Assembly: GCA_965153455.1 (NCBI GenBank)
Contig: OZ234494.1
Location: forward strand, 6,386,001-6,450,000
Length of the DNA: 64,000 nt
From: Sphagnum compactum
Lineage: Eukaryota
Direction of reading: 5' to 3'
Part shown: positions 1 to 12,479 of the stretch, in pieces
Layout of the letters: each line of letters begins with the position of its first letter
Position numbering within the stretch: position 1 is the first letter of the stretch
Position numbers and translations under genes: made by a program
Notes under the pieces: generated by a model
Seen by the model: only the letters and a program-made list of their open reading frames with translations
Database searches by the model: none
Told to the model about the DNA's origin: nothing

Positions 1-525
1 GGACTCTTTGAGGCTTGAGATGACTTCGCCCGGCATTTTTTTCTCCCGCTCTCTCTCCCTTCTATCCTTGTTCTGAAAGAATGGACGCATTGTAGGACCG
101 GTAGTGTCGGGGGGGAGGGTGTGATTTGTTATGTGTGTGTGTATGTGTGTGTATACTTAAGGGTTTCAATCCATTTCTTATGTTACAGACTCGGGGTCTT
201 GCTAAATAGTAGCACCTTGCTGTATAAATGTTGTTGAATTCTGAAGTTTTGATATACAATTTTATATTGTTTGTTTTTCATTTGTGTGACCTATGGCACC
301 ATTGACTGATGTGAGAACAACTGTTGTTCTCTAACCTAGACATGTTGATCCCATGAGGAATGTTTCACATTATTAGGTCGAGATTCACAAGAGAAGTTGA
401 ACTTGAAAATTTGTCAAGAAAGAAAGACCTCTGTTCATGATTGAAATGGTCTGAATTTCGGTTCTGAATCTCTTTCTACGTAGATGCTTCTGATGAATTC
501 TTGAACATTTTTCTCTGATGTGAAG

Positions 526-3132
526 CGACCAAAGTGGAACAATCCATCACATGATCAATCAGGACACCCTGCAGGGAGGGAATCTGTTGAATGGGCCACA
601 GTGGTGGCAACAGTGGAGCGGACGATGAAGAAGTATGCAGACAACCTGTTGCATGTGTTGGAGGGCATGAGTGGTCGTCTCTCTCAGTTGGAGTTCAATA
701 GCCAGCGCATTGAATACACAGTGGGGAAACTCAAGGTTGAGTCAGCTGACCATCATGGTGCAGCTGATGGCAAGCTGAGATCCTTAGAGAACATGGTCAA
801 AGAGGTAACTTTTTGACCCACTCTCAGGAGCCATGGAGACAGTGGGGAACTCATAGCATCTAGTCACTGCTATTTGTGATGAAAGGTGATGGTCTGGCAC
901 TTTGTGAACAACACTAATAAGGTTATGACAACAGTCTTTTGTCATATTCTGGATTCACAAACAGAATGGTTTACCTTCAGAATGTTGTTGAGTTTTCTCT
1001 GCAATCGCATAGATATGTATGTCTGTCCTCCTCTTGCTATGCATTCTAATAGTGTATTTCTACAGACACAGCCCTCTGAAATATATCATTATCAGACATG
1101 TCATCCTTACAGGGAGGTTCATGTTGGCTATCTCAGAAAATAAATGGCTTTTGCCAAGAATATGACTAAATGAGTATCATGCATGAGTTGAGGCTATTTT
1201 CCAGTTCCTACTGTGTAACTTGCATTAATTTTTTGAATTGGGAAATTGTGATGACTGATCCAGCCATATAGACACATACACTATGACATCCTAATCCTGT
1301 GATTTTACTGTGATAAGAGTCATATTCACAGGTAACATTTATGTCTTGGTCTTCTTGGTCTTATGCATGTGTCATGTCCAACACAGACTTACAACTGCAA
1401 GAACGCACCCATAATTGTTGTGATTGCTTGAAGAGTGTAGTTTGGTCCACATTATTGGTCCAGAGGTACTTGGTGTTAGTGTAGCATCACCAAATGATGT
1501 AAATCTCAAATATGAGTTAATCAGTAACATCATAATTGGTAGGGCCAAATTGCTGCATTGTGAGTTAGCAGATTCTGAGGAGAGAAGGTTTTCAATTGGC
1601 AGGTACAGCGAGGTGTGCAGGTCTTGCGTGATAAGCAGGGGATTGTAGAGGAACAACTGAAGCTTGCCAAGCTTCAGCATGATGGTAAAATGGAGGCACC
1701 TGTGAGCTCAGCTGCACCTGTCCAAACTGTTGTTGAGGTGCAACCCCCAGCTCCCAAGCAAGTGGAGACTACATTTACCCTTGATCCACCTTCTTCAGGA
1801 CAGCAGATTGATCCTGCTGTGTACCAACTTCCACAGTTACAGCATCAGCATCAACTGCGACTCCAGCAACAGCAGTTGCCAACTCAACATATGTCTCTGT
1901 CATCTACTCAGCAACAAATTCCTCAACGAATTTCTCAACAGATACACCAACAGCAACAGCAACCCCCATTGCAATCTCAGACCCAGCAACAAAATGTTGT
2001 CTTGACACCTCAGCAGCAGGCCCATCAGCAACTTCTGCCTCAGCATTCTCAACAGTTGCAAGTACAGGCCATGCCACTGACATTGCAGCTAGAGCCTCAT
2101 TATCAACCTCAAACTTTGTCACAACCGCTCCAATCACAACCTCAGCAGCAAGCTCATCAGCAACTTCCACCTCAGCATTCTCAACAGGTGCAGCTACAGG
2201 CCACACCACAGACATCGCTGCCAGAGCCTCAATATCAACCTCAAGCTTTGCCACAACCACAATCACAGCCTCAGCAACTTACACATCCAATCCCTCAACA
2301 GCAAGTGAATCAATCACCACAACTTCCACTTCAGCTCCAGTACCAGCATCTTCAACAGCAGTCAGGGCAGCCTGAAGCTCAACACCAGCCTCACATGCAA
2401 GCCTCTCATCAACCCCAGCTTCACCGTCAGCACCCACCACAGTCAGAGATTCAATATCAGCAGCCTCAGACCCAGCTTCAGCTGCAGCAGCAACAGTTTT
2501 ATGGTCAACAACAGTATGGAAGCCTCCAGTCAGATGTTCCAAGGTACAGTCCCCAGCCTCCAGGAAAGTATAGTTCAGAAAAAGTTCCTGCATACTTGCC
2601 TGAAGGCTATGGAAACAGACCTTTCCCACAGCCTCTACCTCAAACACAACAACATTCACCAAACTTGTCATCAGATCAGACGTATGACCTGTCTGGCAAC
2701 AACAGAGGTGGGCAATCGGCGCTGCCACCTCCCTATCACCCTGGACGTACCACCCCACCTGTTTATGAAACCTATGCACCCTTTGGGTACCAGATGCCAT
2801 CATCAGGCACCAACCCTTTAGTGCCTAATTCTGGAAGCTACCCACAATTCCCTACTGCCCAACCTTTGACTGGTAACAATAATAGCAACAGTGCTAGCAA
2901 TATGGGTTCCTCCTCAGGTACTCCTCCATCATCAACAAATAGGGTGACCATTGATGAAGTAATCAATAAGGTTGCAAGCATGGGATTCTCCAAAGACCAA
3001 GTCCATGCAGCTATAAGGAAGCTGACAGAGAATGGGCAGTCAGTTGACCTCAATATTGTGCTGGACAAATTGATGAATGGTGGTGGTGATGCCAGCGAGC
3101 TTCAATCCCAGAAGGGCTGGTATAACCAGTGA
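526..3132 (+). CDS. FLOE-family (DUF1421) protein: coiled coil, Q/P/S-rich prion-like region and C-terminal UBA-like DUF1421 domain; 5' end probably lies before the window
   Basis: Exons ~526-804 (after AAG acceptor; donor GAG|GTAACT) and 1603-3132 (acceptor GGCAG|GTA). The join reads ...RSLENMVKE|VQRGVQVLRDKQ...LKLAKLQ. The C-terminus NRVTIDEVINKVASMGFSKDQVHAAIRKLTENGQSVDLNIVLDKLMN...QKGW resembles FLOE2/3-type DUF1421 proteins (from recall). An in-frame TGA at 502-504 means an upstream exon is needed. Confidence 0.85.
2008..2268 (+). repeat. In-frame tandem duplication (132 + 129 nt, 44/43 aa) inside the FLOE Q/P-rich region
   Basis: PQQQAHQQLLPQHSQQLQVQAMPLTLQLEPHYQPQTLSQPLQSQ is followed by PQQQAHQQLPPQHSQQVQLQATPQTSLPEPQYQPQALPQPQSQ; units start at 2008 and 2140. 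Confidence 0.9.
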
Positions 3133-4605
3133 CATGTAAATCAGAAGACCAGGAGTTTCTGTGGGGTAAGACCTATAATTGAATTCTTCCCATCCTCACC
3201 AATTTTATCAGTATGTATTTAGAGGGATTGGTAAATCTTCTGTCAGCACATACAGCCACTACTCTTCCTTTTGATGTGGTGCAAAGTGCATATGTATGCT
3301 TGTATAGACTTTATAATGTGGTATTTTGCACATTGAGATTTACATCCAATGGGTCACTGGCAAATATCATTGGAATATGGGAAAACCCACCATGTCTTTC
3401 ATCTTCAGTGATTTTCACCCATTTTCTATTTCAGCATGAAGTTGGCTAGGCAGACCAATATAGCAAATCAAGCAAGGGATAGCAATAACAATATGAGTGT
3501 GAATTGTATATAGAGCTAATAGCTCACATTAGACATGTGAAACAGGTCACTTACTTTTAAACATGTTCAATTTGTGAAACATTTCACTATTACATTCATG
3601 TTTTGTTGGTGATGTTGATCAGAATGTGTTCTGATCATGTGAAATATTGTCCATATCATTTTCACTAAAATAACAGCTTAGTGAAGTGCAACCATGAAAT
3701 GTTTCATGGTTCATAATTGGATGTTTTACTTCTACAGATGATGACCAAAGTGCAAGAAAAGTGGGGATTGATGTGAGAGTATGATTGACAACATCCTATA
3801 TATATGGCCTGTATTTTCATGCAATCCATGAATATTGGTCTTGGTTTCCGAATTACACCACAAATACAACAATAAATCAGATGGGTAAGTATGGCCACAA
3901 AAGTATCACTCTTTCATGATATGGGATTGAAGTACGAACTGCTATGCACCTGAACAGAGGTAAGAGGGAGACATGCTCAAGATCACTAGTAGGGCCCTCA
4001 TAGGAAGAACTAATATCCACCAATCTGTATTGAAGATATTTGAGTCATAATAGCTACTTAAATTCATGGATGCAAAAAGGATTGATAAGCAATCGTTAGG
4101 ATACACACAAAAGTTGTATATTCACCTGCATATCATTTCTCCTAAATGGAAAGTAGATTTGCATAGAAGAGGTGTTGGGTTACCATTTGATGTGTGTGTT
4201 CCCTCTGAATCAAAGCTTCAGCATCTGTCAATAACTCCTCTTGCCATGTCTACTTCCTATGAATCTAGGTTATTGGAAAATGTTTTCTTCACACAGAAGG
4301 GGAGATCCAGTAGTGCAGCAAATTTTGTTTGGTGATGCATATGTTGGGTGTTGATAAGAGAGTGCAGCAGCATTTGTTCAGAGACATGCTCAAACCTGGG
4401 AATAAAAAAGGAATGAAGAACATTCGATTGGGTTTGTGTGCTTTTATATGGAGATGGTTGAAGATGTGAGGTTTTTTCCAAACTGCACTCAAAACACGCT
4501 CTTGGAAGATCAGAGCTCATGTCAACTTAAGTGGGAGTTGAGATGGGCTCATCTTATGGTCCTGATGCTGAATCAGGAATGGAAGAAAGCGCAGCAGGTG
4601 GAGTT

Positions 4606-4871
4606 TGCTGCCAGGTCTATGTGGCATAATGGTGCAAGGTTTCTCAAGTGCAAGCCATCATTGCTTACCATTCTTCATGTATCACCTTGAAGAATTTCTT
4701 CTTGCCAGTCAGCTCCACCAGATCTTACTTACCCTGCTGCCAGGTCTATGTGGCATAATGGTGCAAGGTTTCTCAAGTGCAAGCCATCATCGCTTACCAT
4801 TCTTCATGTATCACCTTGAAGAATTTCTTCTTGCCAGTCAGCTCCACCAGATCTTACTTACCCTGCTGCCA
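4606..4871. repeat. 129-bp near-perfect tandem duplication
   Basis: Units start at 4606 and 4735 with one visible substitution (catcattgc vs catcatcgc). The 8-mer tgctgcca occurs at all three junctions (4606, 4735, 4864). A 14-bp tandem (atcataagatgtga) follows at ~4973-5005. Confidence 0.95.
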
Positions 4872-6085
4872 CTGCAAGAGAGTGCCCGCCAACAGGTACA
4901 TGCTGGTCTTGTCAGCGTGATGATTGCAAAAAGACTTGATCCTGCTCAAGGCATGTTCCCTTGCAGTTGGCTATCATAAGATGTGAATCATAAGATGTGA
5001 ATCATGATCCACCTAGTAGCAGCTACTCTCTGTTGACATAAAGCAATTGCAGAAAATTCCTAGTGTATTCGGAGGGTACCTCATATCCAGGAATCTGCCC
5101 TGTGTAGTGGAAGGCAGACCTCGCACTTGCACTTGAGAAACACATTAGTGTCAAAATCTACGCCACCTTGTTAGTATGAAACAAGAATTCCCAAAACAAT
5201 AATTCCAAAACAAGAACCAAATGGACCTTAATTACACAGCATCAGCCTGCACAGCCAAAGTTTACAAAGCAAAGTATGAATGTTGCTGGATCACATGAAG
5301 AACATAAGGCAGAAAGAGACTTCACAGATGTAGCATATAAAGATACCATTCAAGAAACTTTTACAAGTTGCATATGATGCCCAAAGTAACATAAGTTTAC
5401 TGCAATTCACAAAGCCAAAACTTGTCTGTAACTTGGTATCTGTCCACTAGATGATGAAAATGGCATGGTTAACATTATCAATTAGATTCCAGAATTGAAA
5501 AAACCAGTGATACCATACTTATTGGCTGGATCACAATACATGGCATATAAATCAGCTTGACAAATCTTACTGATGTTTACAAAATTAAAAATGAACCATT
5601 CCTGACTTTGGGCAAACTTTGACAGACTTCCATCACTTCAAGCACGCGGAGCACAGATGTCAACCCTAATATTGTTTCCACACCACAAATGTGCTTGTAG
5701 TTTGTGCAATGCCAACAATTTTTTCAGACCTTTTTATTACAAGAAGATTTAAACCCAGAAATTGCAAGATACAGGAGAACAAATGACCTTATGCTCCAAC
5801 ATGAGCAAGGTCTCCTTTTTGTCACAAGATTGCCTCGGTATACTCAAGCCACAATGTATGTTCCCCTGCTTCTGTGCAAAACAGTTCACTGTTTCAAAAG
5901 CATCTTGCAATGTCTTCCGGATACTTGGCAACATTCCTACATTCCCCTCCCAACATCAACTACAATCATCTACAAGTACTTGTAGTAAAGAATCAGGTGT
6001 AACAATGGTGTTCAGGTGGTGATTCCAATCCCATTGGATGTTGTTTTGTCAGAAGATGAAGTTGCCATCTCCTGGCTTCTATTGC

Positions 6086-9000
6086 TTAAACATTAGAGAT
6101 TTTCTCAACATTGCCTTTAAAACCTATGAGCTCTAGTATACGACTCTCCAGGAAAGTTGAGACCGAGTCAACTGATTCAGCTAGTTCTAGAGCATCTTCC
6201 TCTCTAAGTCGTGTGCCTTGCTGGCCAACCACAGTAGCTGCCACCCGAGCAGCCAAGTTTCCCATGCCTTTCAGGTCTGGTACCCCCTGAATCAGACCAT
6301 AAAGTATGCCAGCAGCATACGCATCACCTGCTCCACATGTGTCTACTGGAACACAAGGGGCTGGAGGCACATACACAATTTCTCCTTTTAGCCCAATATA
6401 AGAACCCCAGGGTCCATCAGTCACAGAGACCAATGGGCAAAACTGGCTCAGGTGTTTTGCTGCTAGTTCAGGGCTTGTACTCTTCCCAAAGCCACAAAGA
6501 GCCCTTGCTTCATCACTATTTGTGAAAATGATATCAGCACTCTCACACATGACATCCCTGCAAAGAACCAACACACTCCAAACGTGAAAGAAAGCAATGT
6601 GTACAGCTTTGTAGACTCCCATCAAGAAAACTCCTCACCAAATCACAGAAAATAGATCAATTGCACAGTCAGAGACAAGCCACACTCACAACAGCTGGCA
6701 CTAACTCTGAGTAAAAAGTTCTCACAACTTAAGGGAGTACAATAAACTAGCTGAAAATAAAGGTGAATGCACCAAGATATTTCACACAGCCACGCAACCT
6801 GACCAATGTGCATGGGTTCATTTACACCAATGACCAAACAAGTGTGGCCCAGTGCAGATCCAGTTCATACTGCCAACAGAGTATGGCCTTTGATTTCGCA
6901 GGGACAAGCTGCAACGGCATCAACACCTAACAATTCAGAATTCAGAATTACCAAAATTGTTGCCTGTGACGAGTGATACAAGAGACATCACTGGCTGTAA
7001 GGGCCACCAGAACTCCTTGCTGGCGAGCAGCCTCACAAGCTTGGGCAATTGCTTCAATGGTCTGTGGAATCTCCCATAAATAGCCCTCCACTACCAGGAA
7101 TCTTGATCCAGCTATGGAACCAGCCAAGTTTGTGTCATAATTTACAACTGATGACATGCCCTGGCAAAAGACCACCACCTTCTGTGAACTTCAACAAGAA
7201 ATTATATAATTACACCTGCTGGAACCTTCCCAAAAAGCTTTGAAGTGTAGTTTCTACCTGAAAAAATAGCGAGAGAGCCTTACTTGATAAGAGAGCATAG
7301 TCCGCTGGGCATCAGGTGTGGTTAAAACAATGACAGTGCCAGTAGTGCCATCCACTACAGGTTGTGACAGGAAGTGCACACCTGCCCGTAGCAACTTTGT
7401 CCTGCAAAGCCAAATTCAACAAATAAGACTCCCAAAGGACCATGCTGCAAAGATGAGAATCTTGAGACCATGCCCTTGCATCACATTGATACCAACACAG
7501 ACTTAGAAAGAATGGCTGCAGAGCACACCTGTAAAAATCACCCAAGGCATCACTGCCAACACTGCCAGTCATGGCAACATTCAGAGTTCGGCTCTGGGTA
7601 CTTGCAGTACCCAGCCTTGCCAGTGCAACTAGTGTGTTGGACAGAGAGCCTCCTGCTGAGAGCTTGTAACTCCGCCCATCTAGTGCCCGCAGCACCTTTC
7701 CCCTCTCCTCATGGTTCACCACCTTCCTTATGCCCTTAACTAATCCTAACTGCTCAAGAAAGTCATCCCCTACAGTGCCTGAGAAGTCAACCTGATGAGA
7801 CAAATTCCAGTTTCAGTCAAAAGTGCCTATGTTATCCTTAGTCCCCCATACCTGACAACAAACATAAAAACACCACTCACCATTGCTTGGCCGAGTCCCA
7901 CCACATCCCAACAATCAGGTATGCGCCTCTCAGGAATGCCGTATGGTTGCTCTGCTGTTTGTGGCAGATCAGCACTTGCCTACAAGAACAATATATTTGT
8001 TTAGGGACAATCACCAAGGAATGGGATGTAAGATATACTTCATTTACCTTCAAACATCCTGGTTATATCCTCCCAAAACTTAGCCCTTCACAGAGCCTCT
8101 CATTTTAGAGACAGGCAGAACAAACACTGAGCAGCTCATAATCTGTTTCATGATAGGAGGCTGTGTACCGAGGCTATGTCACAGGTGTTTGATGAGAACA
8201 CATGCGTCATGGCAGATTGTGGTCTGGCCCCAAAAGAATGTTCAGCATACCAAAGGTGATCGGGCACCAAAGTGTCAGATTGCCTTCATCACCAAACCAC
8301 ACAAGGTTATGATACTTGACTCTAGTCACATCGGGATGCTGCCTATCATCTGATTATATCTTCTTCTGCGAGTTAGGGAGGAAAGGACCCCATTTATCCT
8401 TGTGTGAGGGGAGAAAAGATTTCCCTTCCTCATAGACTTATAAGGATCCTAATGCTGCAAGATTCTAATAACTGTTCAGAGAAATGCATCTCTGGCTCTC
8501 TTGTAGTGTACCCTAAAATTCCAGCATTTGTGACTCTCAAAAAGATTGCCGTGACTTTGGGATCTTCTGCTCAGAATGACATGAGAGGCATCCAGCCGTC
8601 CTTGACAGCATGGACTGTAAGCATAAGTCAAATTGTCAATTTGAAGAACACTCAAAGGTGTTCATCTTGACGTTTGGGCCCAACAAAATGGACATCTGGC
8701 ATTCTCCTCCTCGCATAGCCACTAGAGAAGCAAAATTACGAGAGGATACATCTCCAAACTGAAATTGTGACAGAAGGTGGCTGGCCAGTTTCGGCAAAGT
8801 CGAGTCCAGGTTTAATCTTGATCAAAACCAGGGAGCCACACCAACAATAGCAGTGGGACAACGTCAAAAAGACCAAGAAGAAGAAGAAGAGACGCATCCG
8901 AGGACAATTGCTTTGCTGAAGAAGGAGAAAACCCTAGAAATGTGCTGAATCGCATAAAGGTAGACGGCCAGAATTTCTAATCTAACCTGAACAGCGGCAT

Positions 9001-9448
9001 TCTCCGAGGCTTTGTCACAACAACAGTTGAGGACACTTTGTCGCCGTCGTCGCCGCCACTTTTCGCCCTCACATCCGTAAGCCAACAGCTTCTTGGGAGT
9101 CGTAACAAACAGCAACGCCCCCTGCCACCCACTTCCTTCTCCTTGTTCCAAAAACCTTTGTCCCCCACCACCGCCACCACCACGACGCGCAGAAGACTTC
9201 CTCGTTCTCCAGAACCGCTTCTCACATTCCGTAGCCCTTGTCAGAGAAGCACTAGCACAATAAGTCACCCGCAGGCTCCGAGAAACCAGCACCTGCTGCT
9301 GAAACCAACCCACGGTCCCACCATCTCCACACCGATTTCCACTCTCTACAACAGAAGAAGACGACGACGACGACCACAGCGAGTACGAAGACGTGGTGGT
9401 GGTGGTGGTGGTGGTGGTGGTGTAAGTCAGATTAGCTATGGCGGCCAT
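6086..9448 (-). CDS. NARA5: pfkB/ribokinase-family carbohydrate or nucleoside kinase with plastid transit peptide, NARA5-like (~540 aa)
   Basis: Exons 9448-8987, 7979-7881, 7791-7529, 7401-7284, 7160-6952, 6557-6086; all introns GT-AG and frame-consistent. Motifs WDVVGLGQAMVDFSG, AGGSLSNTLVALARLG, N..E and the pfkB anion hole VDTCGAGDAYAAG. The N-terminus is S/T/R-rich. Symbol assigned from recalled similarity to Arabidopsis NARA5. Confidence 0.88.
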
Positions 9449-10334
9449 CGAGGCCGCCCTTCCCCGTGTTCCCTCCCCACCACCCCCACCACTCCACTCC
9501 CCTGGCACCCACAAACTTCTGCCCACAAACTTCCGCCCACAAACGCAACGCTTCCTTGTTGTCGCTCTCCTTTGTTCTACATGTTGTGAGGTACACTGGG
9601 TGGTACGTTTTGTTCGTGTTCCCCGCTGCGAATGCAATTCTTTCTCCCCGCGTGCGCTCTTCGTCCGCTCCTAACTGCTCCGCTTTCTAGCGGTGGATAT
9701 CATTGGCTTTTGCACTGGCTGTCAAAACGAAGGCCACCCAACCCACGCTATTGAAATTGTTCTAAAACCGAACACACACATCAAACGGTAGTAGGCTAAA
9801 CATGCCCTCCACCGAACCTTCTCACTTTTGATTTTAACACAATTTTTTCAAATTCAAGAAGCTTTCAGTGGGCTTGTTTACGATAACAAGAACATAAATT
9901 TTTATGGGTATGTAATAAAAATACATAATTTCAGTTTTATATTCGTTTGTATTTCATATTTTTTTGTAACAATGGACCAAAAGATGCGAAATATAAACAA
10001 GTGTAAAATTGAAACTATGTTTTTTTATCACATAACTATGAAAATCTATGTTTTTGTGTGCACAAATATTGCATTATTTATCTATTTTATATGTATAACT
10101 ATTATGGCATAATCATCCTCTTATCATGGATTGTACACATTCATAAATTATGCCAAAACCTTCGAAGATTACATTTTCAATTTTCATCACAAGTCTATTC
10201 AATGAAACTTTTTACTCATAGAATAAGTTATTTTCATTTTCAAAGATTTCAAACACACATTTATATATTAATCAAAAAACATTAAACAAAAAAAATTCTA
10301 AAATTTTACGCATCGCAAAACTCACCATATGATT

Positions 10335-10515
10335 GAACATGCACATTAATTTATAACATCACTTTTATATTGAGTTGTCATCTTTGAATCATACATATTA
10401 ATTTGTGCAAAGACTTATTTTATGAGTCACCATCTTTAAGTTATGCACATTAACTTATACAATAATTTATTTTGTGAGTCACCATACTTAAATCATGCGC
10501 ATTAATTTAAACCAT
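10335..10515. repeat. Degenerate ~48-50 bp tandem repeat (about 4 units)
   Basis: Recurring gagtcaccatctttaa..catgcacattaattta motif in AT-rich DNA. Confidence 0.6.
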
Positions 10516-12479
10516 AACTAATTGATGATGATTCATCAAATCCTTATTAAATTATAAAACTCCACCATCTAATAAGTTATTAAAGTTAACCCCTAGTTGA
10601 TTACATAAGAAACAAGCTATTGACATCAAGTTACAAGCCTAGTTCAAAATTGAATCCAGTTCCATGTAAACATTATTACACAATTTTCTACAATAGATAG
10701 AAAGTTTTATATCAAATTAAAATCAAAGTTTAGAGAGGTATAAAATTGACTAACTAGTAAAATTTAATATTAAACTTTGAAGTTGAGTGTATTTGTCATT
10801 TTTTTATTAAAAAAATCAACTTGCATACTTAAAAAATCAATCTATTTTTTCAAGAATTTTTTTTCATAATTCTAATTTTGAGTTCGGATCTAGCGAAAGA
10901 TTAGTTCCAATGTTTGATTCTTATGCCAATTTCAACCAAAAAAATGCAAGCTTAGGTCAAAGTCACAAAAACTTGACCTTGAACCCTTAAGGTTTTAACA
11001 TTGGAAATTAGATACCATCACAACATTAATGCAAACCCAAGTTATTCACTGATTGCACTTGTTCAGTCTATCATTTAAAACATTTTTTATGTCCAAGTGC
11101 CTAATTTCAAAATAAATTATTCTACTTTTTTGAAGTGTCCAAATGAAATGTGACTAAATTGTGCAATTAAGTAAGGGCAAAAATCAATAAAAAAAAATGA
11201 CCCACCCTTATGTTTAGTTGTGTTTAGTGATGGGAGATGGCTAGGTACATTCTAATGCACATAATTGAACACACATAGGGTGGAGAATATGGTTTTTTAA
11301 TTTTTGAATGTTTGGTTATGGGTGTGTTTTAAGACGGTTTATGAAAATTTCCACCATAATTGACAAAGCTAATGTTTGGTTTAAAGGGTGGGTTGGACCC
11401 AATTTCACAAAATAACATGAAAATAAACACCAAGAATTTTTGGTTATGGGGGTTAGGATGTCACATTAAAAGGCTATAATTTCTAGTAAATAAACCATAA
11501 ATCCTAACAAGGATATATTGCACAAATGTCACCAAAAGGCATCAAATCTTTGAGTCCTCCAAGGAAGTAACTTATTAGCTTTTCAAAGGATAACTCTTTG
11601 CAATTTTTTATTAACCTTGTGCACTTCACATTCCTGGCAAAAAAACTTAAGAGAAGAACAAATTACTTAAGCAAATTTGAAATCAAATGAGTATCTCAAT
11701 TTTTTTTCAAATATGTCCTCCCTACCAACTAGTGTAAAAAAACAATTCCAATGTGTCTTGGAAATATGAGTTCCTAGTGCTACAAGGTTGAGAAATATTG
11801 TAATAAGTCACAATTCAAATCTAAAAATAAAAGTGGAACATGCAGAAGAGGAAAGGTCTCTAAAAGCGAACATGTGAAAAATGTCTCAAGGTGAAAATAA
11901 AACATGTAGAAAAAGGATTAAATGAGGAGAAAACAAATCTCAAGCTGAAAATAAAACATGTAGAAGAAGGATCAAATGAAAATACAAGGATAGAAATCAT
12001 ACATTGGATCTACAACTAAAGATTCAAAAAATATTTATGTTACCATTAGATCTAACAATCTATAGTTTAAGATGTAACTTCAAGGAGTTTCAAAAAAGCA
12101 GAGGAGCCCATATTAATTATTTGTATTGATTTTTCTAACAACTTACACAACAATAAAAAATGTTAATTTAATGAAAAAGCAGTTTGCATACTTTTATGCT
12201 TTTATCTACTCTAATATAACACTAGAAGAACATGCACTAATAACAATTCTAAACTTACTAAACTTCTTATATTCTTGAGTTGTATATAAAAAAAAAAGGA
12301 CATACAATTAGTTGGGCCAAAACTCACACCATCAACTTGTTAAAGGTTAAGATTAAAAAAAGACCAACATTCATGAACCTATCTATGCTTCAAAGGTGAC
12401 AAAATAACATGTTGGACTAGCCAACAATAGTCAAGAAGAATAAGCCTCTTATTTCTAAATCACAAATCAAACATAGAAC

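Noticed and set aside
81..95. ATGGACGCATTGTAG as the FLOE start
   Set aside because: It terminates after four codons and no frame-compatible donor links it to the 526 exon; the true start is probably before the window.
1904..3068. Minus-strand ORFs of 120, 174 and 76 aa
   Set aside because: They are antisense shadows of the CAG/CAA-rich FLOE exon.
4605..4979. 124-aa plus-strand ORF with an internal repeat
   Set aside because: Its length comes from the 129-bp duplication; it has a TTG start and no recognisable domain.
9038..9690. Several plus-strand ORFs (183, 78, 74 aa)
   Set aside because: They are shadow ORFs antisense to the microsatellite-rich first exon of the pfkB kinase.
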